From Escherichia phage pEC-N1203-2Af.1, in sequence record OQ540978.1: a stretch of DNA of 64,000 bases, one strand, 5' to 3'. A program made the translations under genes and the position numbers. Below are positions 59,262 through 64,000 of this stretch, piece by piece; within the stretch, counting starts at the first letter, position 1, and the number at the start of each line of letters is the position of its first letter. Under the pieces are notes generated by a model, which saw only the letters and a list, made by a program, of their open reading frames with translations, ran no database searches and was not told the origin of the DNA.

Positions 59262-59510
59262 ATGACAGCTCATTATTGGAATACAAAGAAGCTTCTTGAA
59301 GAGATGGCTGGGGGTAGTAGAGTACAACTAATCTCTATGCTTCGAATGGATGCTCGCTCTTTACGCTTTCAAGTGAAGATCGGTAACTTCAGTGATGGTC
59401 TTTATTATACCTTGAAGGAAAGGATTAAGAAGACTCACTTCATCATGTACGGACTCAAACCGAGAACGTACGTTAACTACATGTATTGGGATACATGCTA
59501 CGATAATTGA
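59262..59510 (+). CDS. hypothetical protein
   Basis: Start at ATG 59262 after AAGGAG. Confidence 0.45.
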   Translation: MTAHYWNTKKLLEEMAGGSRVQLISMLRMDARSLRFQVKIGNFSDGLYYTLKERIKKTHFIMYGLKPRTYVNYMYWDTCYDN

Positions 59511-59517
59511 GGGTGTT

Positions 59518-59739
59518 ATGATATTCGAAGCCAAGCAAACATTGCCGGTAGTTCCTTTGTCTACACTTCTTAGTGGGAGTGCTTTTAGACATGATAACGG
59601 TTTTTGGATTAAAGGAAACCAAGAGGTTGGAGGATATATCACCTGCATCAATATCTGCAATGGTGTTGTTGAGGTAAAGCGTCCAGCCGCTGAAGTAACT
59701 CCTCAACCCAATGCAAAGGTTGTAGGTTTGGTATATTAA
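59518..59739 (+). CDS. GDVF-family small protein (variant motif)
   Basis: LSTLLSGSAFRHDNGFWIK...ICNGVVEV; close paralog of the next ORF. Confidence 0.5.
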   Translation: MIFEAKQTLPVVPLSTLLSGSAFRHDNGFWIKGNQEVGGYITCINICNGVVEVKRPAAEVTPQPNAKVVGLVY

Positions 59740-59748
59740 GGAACTTAT

Positions 59749-59970
59749 ATGAAATTAGATTCTAAACAATCCCTTAAAACTGTTGAACTGTCCACACTGC
59801 CAAACGGAAGTATCTTTGGTCACGATAAACACTTCTGGATTAAAACAGACTACTTGAACGATGGGTATATCACCTGTGTCAACCTTTGGAATGGTTCAGT
59901 GGATGGTTATCGCCCTAATGCAAAGGTAATCCCTCAGCCTGATGCAAAGGCTACAGGTTTAGTTTACTAA
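59749..59970 (+). CDS. GDVF-family small protein (variant motif)
   Basis: LSTLPNGSIFGHDKHFWIK...LWNGSVDG. Confidence 0.5.
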   Translation: MKLDSKQSLKTVELSTLPNGSIFGHDKHFWIKTDYLNDGYITCVNLWNGSVDGYRPNAKVIPQPDAKATGLVY

Positions 59971-59979
59971 GGAGTTCAT

Positions 59980-60153
59980 ATGAGCTGTTATGGTGGCGGT
60001 GAAGTATATGATGACGATGACATGGAATCCAATGGTACATGCCCTGACTGTGGGTGTGAGACGTTTGATGGTGTGTCAGTATATCCTGCCTGTAGTTATT
60101 CACCAGTGATCTGTAAAACATGCGGAGATCAACCTTGTGATCAGTCCTGTTAG
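59980..60153 (+). CDS. Cys-rich small acidic protein
   Basis: 57-aa ORF translated by hand; AAGGAG RBS; 9 Cys. Confidence 0.35.
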   Translation: MSCYGGGEVYDDDDMESNGTCPDCGCETFDGVSVYPACSYSPVICKTCGDQPCDQSC

Positions 60154-60370
60154 TATCTTGATTGTCTACTTAATAGGTATGGTGATAGTTTCAGCTCTGA
60201 TAAAATTCCTCGATGTAAAAGGTAGTGTCGAGTTCAGAGGGTGGAATAACGAACCAAACTTATCAAAGATAGCGATTATGGTTTTTCTATGGCCCATCGT
60301 TGCTGTGATTCTTATATCTCTTGTTTTGTGGGCATGGCTGTGGGATATGATTCTTCCCGCAAGAAAGTAA
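60137..60370 (+). CDS. small membrane protein (two TM helices)
   Basis: Two hydrophobic helices separated by a charged loop. Confidence 0.45.
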   Translation: MISPVSILIVYLIGMVIVSALIKFLDVKGSVEFRGWNNEPNLSKIAIMVFLWPIVAVILISLVLWAWLWDMILPARK

Positions 60371-60586
60371 GAGCTTATCGTTAAGGATTCTTACGAGAGT
60401 CCTTTGAGATAGGACTTCAGATCTCCTATCAAACTAACATTCACGTAACTAGCCCATAAGGGCGTTACCCTTTAATAACCCAGCCCACTAAGGGGGCGGG
60501 AGTTTAGTGCTGGATGAGCATAACGCTTATTCCTACAAAGGCAACCGATTGTTAGATCTTACATGCAACATTAATTAATAGGATAA

Positions 60587-60616
60587 GGGAGGATTCGTCC
60601 CCTCCCCCTATTTTAT
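60587..60616 (+). terminator. rho-independent terminator
   Basis: GGGAGG-ATTCGTCC-CCTCCC then CCTATTTTATT. Confidence 0.55.
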
Positions 60617-60665
60617 TGAATCTTTATCTAAGCAAGTCTTATATAAATGTTTAATTGGAGGATGT

Positions 60666-60977
60666 ATGAAAGCTCGAAGAACTATATGGACTCCGATACA
60701 GATTGAAAATCTTCGGAGACTAATCAAAGAGTACTCTGTTCAAGAGGTTGCTCAGATTATGAATGTAACGGAGAATGCAGTTAATACAGCTTGTACTAAG
60801 TTCGGTATATCAAGAGCTGTACTCCGAGTTAAGTGGTCTAAAGAAGAAGACCAGTTCCTTATCCGTAATGCTGGGTTTATGTCTATTCAGAGAATGGCTG
60901 ACATGCTCGGTAGAAGTTATGCTGCTGTACAGAACAGAGCATGTATGCACCTTAACATTAGTCTAAAACTTAAATAG
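60666..60977 (+). CDS. putative DNA-binding protein with two HTH-like repeats
   Basis: Internal repeat: W..IQIENLRRLIKEYSVQEVAQIMNVTENAV and WSKEEDQFLIRNAGFMSIQRMADMLGRSYAAV. Confidence 0.45.
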   Translation: MKARRTIWTPIQIENLRRLIKEYSVQEVAQIMNVTENAVNTACTKFGISRAVLRVKWSKEEDQFLIRNAGFMSIQRMADMLGRSYAAVQNRACMHLNISLKLK

Positions 60978-60985
60978 GAATCAAT

Positions 60986-61231
60986 ATGAAGATCATCCCA
61001 AAGAAAAAGGATAATACGGTACGATTGGAAACAATCATTCCCGGAAACCCTTTCGTGGTTCAGCACGGAAGTGCCTCTCCTCAATATTATATGAGGGTTG
61101 AAAATGCATCTGGTAACATCCGTATAGCCAGTGGTTGGATTCCTGTAGTGAATCTATCCACTGGAGTATTAGCTGTTAAAGGTGCTGATGAACAGGTTGA
61201 AATGATTCGTATGTCAGTGGTTCAGGAGTAG
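60986..61231 (+). CDS. GDVF-family small protein (divergent)
   Basis: IIPGNPFVV ... VNLSTGVLAVKGAD. Confidence 0.45.
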   Translation: MKIIPKKKDNTVRLETIIPGNPFVVQHGSASPQYYMRVENASGNIRIASGWIPVVNLSTGVLAVKGADEQVEMIRMSVVQE

Positions 61232-61233
61232 GT

Positions 61234-61476
61234 ATGAGCACAATACATATCAAAGTTCATCATGAAGAAGAAAAGAAACTCTTTGTTAAAGATCTATCGA
61301 TCGCTGATATCTTCACTTTAAAAGAAGATGATAATCAGATCATCTATTTGATGATGCCTGTGACTGGAGGGTATCGAAGGGCTGTTTGTTTGGGTACAGG
61401 TGTGCCCCGTCCTGTTGCTGATACTCTTGAAGTTGGTGAGAAGTTTAGTAAGGCTGAAATTATCTTAACTCCATAG
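61234..61476 (+). CDS. GDVF-family small protein (divergent)
   Basis: LSIADIFTL ... CLGTGVPRPV. Confidence 0.45.
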   Translation: MSTIHIKVHHEEEKKLFVKDLSIADIFTLKEDDNQIIYLMMPVTGGYRRAVCLGTGVPRPVADTLEVGEKFSKAEIILTP

Positions 61477-61484
61477 GAAAATAA

Positions 61485-61601
61485 ATGAGACGTAAAGCAT
61501 ATTCTTATGACGATATGATTAACCAGAAAGGCTTCGGTCAACGACAGCCTGATGGTTCAATTATCTGGTTCGTAAATGGACAGAAAAAGGTAGCTAAATA
61601 A
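61485..61601 (+). CDS. hypothetical small protein
   Basis: 38-aa ORF translated by hand; AGGAAAA upstream. Confidence 0.25.
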   Translation: MRRKAYSYDDMINQKGFGQRQPDGSIIWFVNGQKKVAK

Positions 61602-61707
61602 GCCCTCTTCTCTCCTCCTTTTAGTACTATGACGCCTCTCTGTGGGCGGCCCAATTTGCGTAGGGAATTCCCTCTACGCAGCCATAACTTTTTAAGGAAT
61701 TTCCCCT

Positions 61708-61941
61708 ATGTCTAAAGTAAGCGCAATCGATGCAATCCGTCAACCGTTCCAGTTCCAATCCAAATCAACTCAAACCTTCAGTGAGCCTAAGCAAATTCGC
61801 TTGGGTGGCACAGAGAAGACTGTATTTGATCTGGCTAAAAACAAAAGCGTTACCGTAGTTGATGGTGGCACTCTGGTTAACGTTTCCCATCGCATCCGCA
61901 CTGGCAAAACTGCCAAAGATCGTGCCAAGAAAGGTGAGTGA
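61708..61941 (+). CDS. hypothetical protein
   Basis: 77-aa ORF. Confidence 0.45.
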   Translation: MSKVSAIDAIRQPFQFQSKSTQTFSEPKQIRLGGTEKTVFDLAKNKSVTVVDGGTLVNVSHRIRTGKTAKDRAKKGE

Positions 61942-62180
61942 TGAAAATAGGGAAACCGGCTGATGGTATAATAAAGATTAGTGATATATCTATTGGGGAA
62001 GTTTTCTCAGCAGAGCACTTTTCAAGTTACTACATGAAAATCCCTAACACTAAAGTAGAGGGTTGCATCATTCCTGCCAACGCAGTTAACCTGAACACAG
62101 GCCATCTGTCTGCATTCAAACCTGATTTACAGGTTACTGAAATCCGAGATGCCTATCTCGCCTTTGGTGGGGATAAATAG
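61938..62180 (+). CDS. GDVF-family small protein
   Basis: ISDISIGEVFSA ... VNLNTGHLSAF. Confidence 0.5.
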   Translation: MMKIGKPADGIIKISDISIGEVFSAEHFSSYYMKIPNTKVEGCIIPANAVNLNTGHLSAFKPDLQVTEIRDAYLAFGGDK

Positions 62181-62184
62181 AGTG

Positions 62185-62400
62185 ATGATAACACTTGTGT
62201 CAGTAGTTTACAGATTACACTATCGTCTAGATAAAGGAAAATCCTATAAATGCAAGAGTAAGACAGGGAATCGATGCTCTGTAGAAAATAACTCTGGTCA
62301 ATGGGTGGATGTACCTTGTTGTTGGTTCAGGAAAGATTTGACTAGCAAAGAGATTGACGAAATTCTTAGTGATGATTTTGTAAAATCAGGTGATTTTTAG
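62185..62400 (+). CDS. hypothetical Cys-containing protein
   Basis: Start moved to internal ATG 62185. Confidence 0.35.
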   Translation: MITLVSVVYRLHYRLDKGKSYKCKSKTGNRCSVENNSGQWVDVPCCWFRKDLTSKEIDEILSDDFVKSGDF

Positions 62401-62637
62401 TTGTAGTAACGCCTATAGCCTTCCCTCCGGAGGGCTATGTGAGTTATTCTGACTCAACTAACCTAATCTTAATATATTTCCCGTATGGGGCCGATGCTAG
62501 GGCGAGGAGTGTTCCTCAAACATCCGTCGGATAGATATTTTAAGAGCAGGTTATCCACAGATATTGGGTAATATCTTTTTGGATTTAAAGCTTGGCTCTT
62601 TTCGGAGAGTCCTTTTTTAAATTCAATGAGAGGAAAT

Positions 62638-62790
62638 ATGTCTAAATTAGATTTAAAACTGCTAGCAGCAGCGGTAGTGATTTGTGCACTAGCACTGGTA
62701 ACGCAGAGAACATCTGGATTTATTCAGTGTTTCTTTTCTGGGCAATCCACTTATCAGTGGATTATTGACGAGTGTAAACAACAGGAGTAA
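62638..62790 (+). CDS. small secreted/membrane protein
   Basis: 50-aa ORF translated by hand; GAGAGGA RBS; hydrophobic LLAAAVVICALALV. Confidence 0.35.
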   Translation: MSKLDLKLLAAAVVICALALVTQRTSGFIQCFFSGQSTYQWIIDECKQQE

Positions 62791-62792
62791 GT

Positions 62793-63155
62793 ATGAATAC
62801 ACGTCCCATTAAGGGCAACGTTAATATTGAAACTCTGAACAAGGTTGCATCAAATCTCGGTGGAATGTCCAACGAGGATCTTGAGCAAGAACTTGCTTGG
62901 ATTGCAAATGGTATCAAAGTTGCTAAAGGTAAGATTGCTCGTGAGCAAAGCAACATGAAAGCTCACAAGTATATCATCCGTCGTGCAAATACGTTACCAG
63001 AGCGGGTTGTACATCTTGCCCGTAAAAACTACGCAGATGCAAAGAAAGCTATGGAAGAAGCTACTTTCCAGAAGCACCAATTTATGAACAACTACAGAAA
63101 CTTCCGAGATATTCTTTATATCCGTAAGTCAATTGAGTTGATTAAAAACCAATAG
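62793..63155 (+). CDS. hypothetical protein
   Basis: 120-aa ORF. Confidence 0.5.
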   Translation: MNTRPIKGNVNIETLNKVASNLGGMSNEDLEQELAWIANGIKVAKGKIAREQSNMKAHKYIIRRANTLPERVVHLARKNYADAKKAMEEATFQKHQFMNNYRNFRDILYIRKSIELIKNQ

Positions 63156-63166
63156 AGGTTGGTATA

Positions 63167-64000
63167 ATGTTTCCAGTAACATTAGAAGATACTGAAGGTA
63201 ATGTTTTAACGGTCCACCCTCCTTGTTATGGGTTCCTTCAGCTTCGCAACTATAATGGTGGCGTTGATGAAGATGATTACGAAGATGAATACTTCGACCC
63301 TAACATGTATGAGGCAACTCATGGATGGAATATGCACGTTCGAGTGTGGCATGAAGAAGCTAACGTTCGTAGTGCTGATGGGGAAGAGTTCCTGTTAAGC
63401 CGAGAGATGGATATGTGTAAAATCAAGCATATCTGGAACTCCGGAACTCACATGAAGATGTTAGGTTTTAGACGATGGCGTGATGAAAAACCTGTATCCG
63501 CAGATTTATGTTGGGGTGCAATTGATCACGAAGGCGAGCTTAAAAATAACATTGAGCACTGGAATGATAAAAACCCTGAGTATCAAACCTCACCTCGTGC
63601 TGTACTGGAAGCTATGGAAGCATTTGTGGACAAAGATCGTCCCTCCTGTTTACGCTGGCACGAAAAAGGTTTTATGGGTGTAGCAACTGAGAATGTTCCT
63701 GCTGATCGTTGTCTGTTCTATTTAATGTTAGATCGAACCTTCTATTGTGATGATGAAGAGAGTCAAGTTGAAACCTTCCTTCATAAATGGTTGGTTGAAG
63801 GCTGGACAATTCTTCAGGCTTACGTTTACTCACGAATGGTTAGCACTTACACTAACCTCTTGGGTGAAACGAAAGCTACTCTTGTTGGTAATGATTGGGA
63901 TGCTTGTATCTTCCCAGCGTCGTTGTTTACGGTTGGTATGGCTGATAAATATGCTGAAGCATTTCAAGTGCCTTGGCGTCAACAGTCATACAGAGATGGA
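63167..64000 (+). CDS. hypothetical protein, 3'-truncated at window edge
   Basis: ATG 63167 after GAGGT; frame open for 278 codons to the window end; missing from the ORF track, which lists only an internal 63480-63683 ORF. Confidence 0.55.
   Translation, partial: MFPVTLEDTEGNVLTVHPPCYGFLQLRNYNGGVDEDDYEDEYFDPNMYEATHGWNMHVRVWHEEANVRSADGEEFLLSREMDMCKIKHIWNSGTHMKMLGFRRWRDEKPVSADLCWGAIDHEGELKNNIEHWNDKNPEYQTSPRAVLEAMEAFVDKDRPSCLRWHEKGFMGVATENVPADRCLFYLMLDRTFYCDDEESQVETFLHKWLVEGWTILQAYVYSRMVSTYTNLLGETKATLVGNDWDACIFPASLFTVGMADKYAEAFQVPWRQQSYRDG

Noticed and set aside
63480-63683. 67-aa ORF from the six-frame track
   Set aside because: It lies inside, and out of frame with, a 278-codon open frame running from 63167 to the window end.

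Overview
The window is a contiguous stretch of a virulent tailed-phage genome with an AT-rich, densely packed gene layout. By gene content it resembles phiEco32-like (Kuravirus-type) podoviruses that use host RNA polymerase plus a phage sigma factor; that assignment is from memory, not from a search. Layout: 1-17,000 is a + strand block of DNA-metabolism and middle genes (Dps-like protein, redoxin, ThyX, PhoH, a family A DNA polymerase split by an HNH-carrying group I intron, SSB-like protein, an overlapped spanin pair, a macrodomain protein, a sigma factor, a SLOG protein, a FEN exonuclease). 17,047-47,509 is a - strand packaging and virion module (terminase, portal, scaffold, capsid with a frameshift-appended Ig domain, two paralogous tail fibres, endolysin, lytic transglycosylase, large internal proteins). 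47,546-52,190 is ORF-poor and repeat-rich, with tandem sigma70 promoters each embedded among rrn/lambda-like boxA elements. 48,590-50,343 and 52,194-64,000 carry + strand early genes: many small proteins including a 10-member paralog family, one tRNA-Arg and a lipoprotein. No CRISPR array, integrase or rRNA was seen. The strongest leads are the TARG1/DarG-like macrodomain (candidate anti-defence), the boxA-equipped early promoter array, the polymerase intron and the capsid frameshift. All functional calls rest on motifs read by eye and on recalled family signatures; none was confirmed by a database search.
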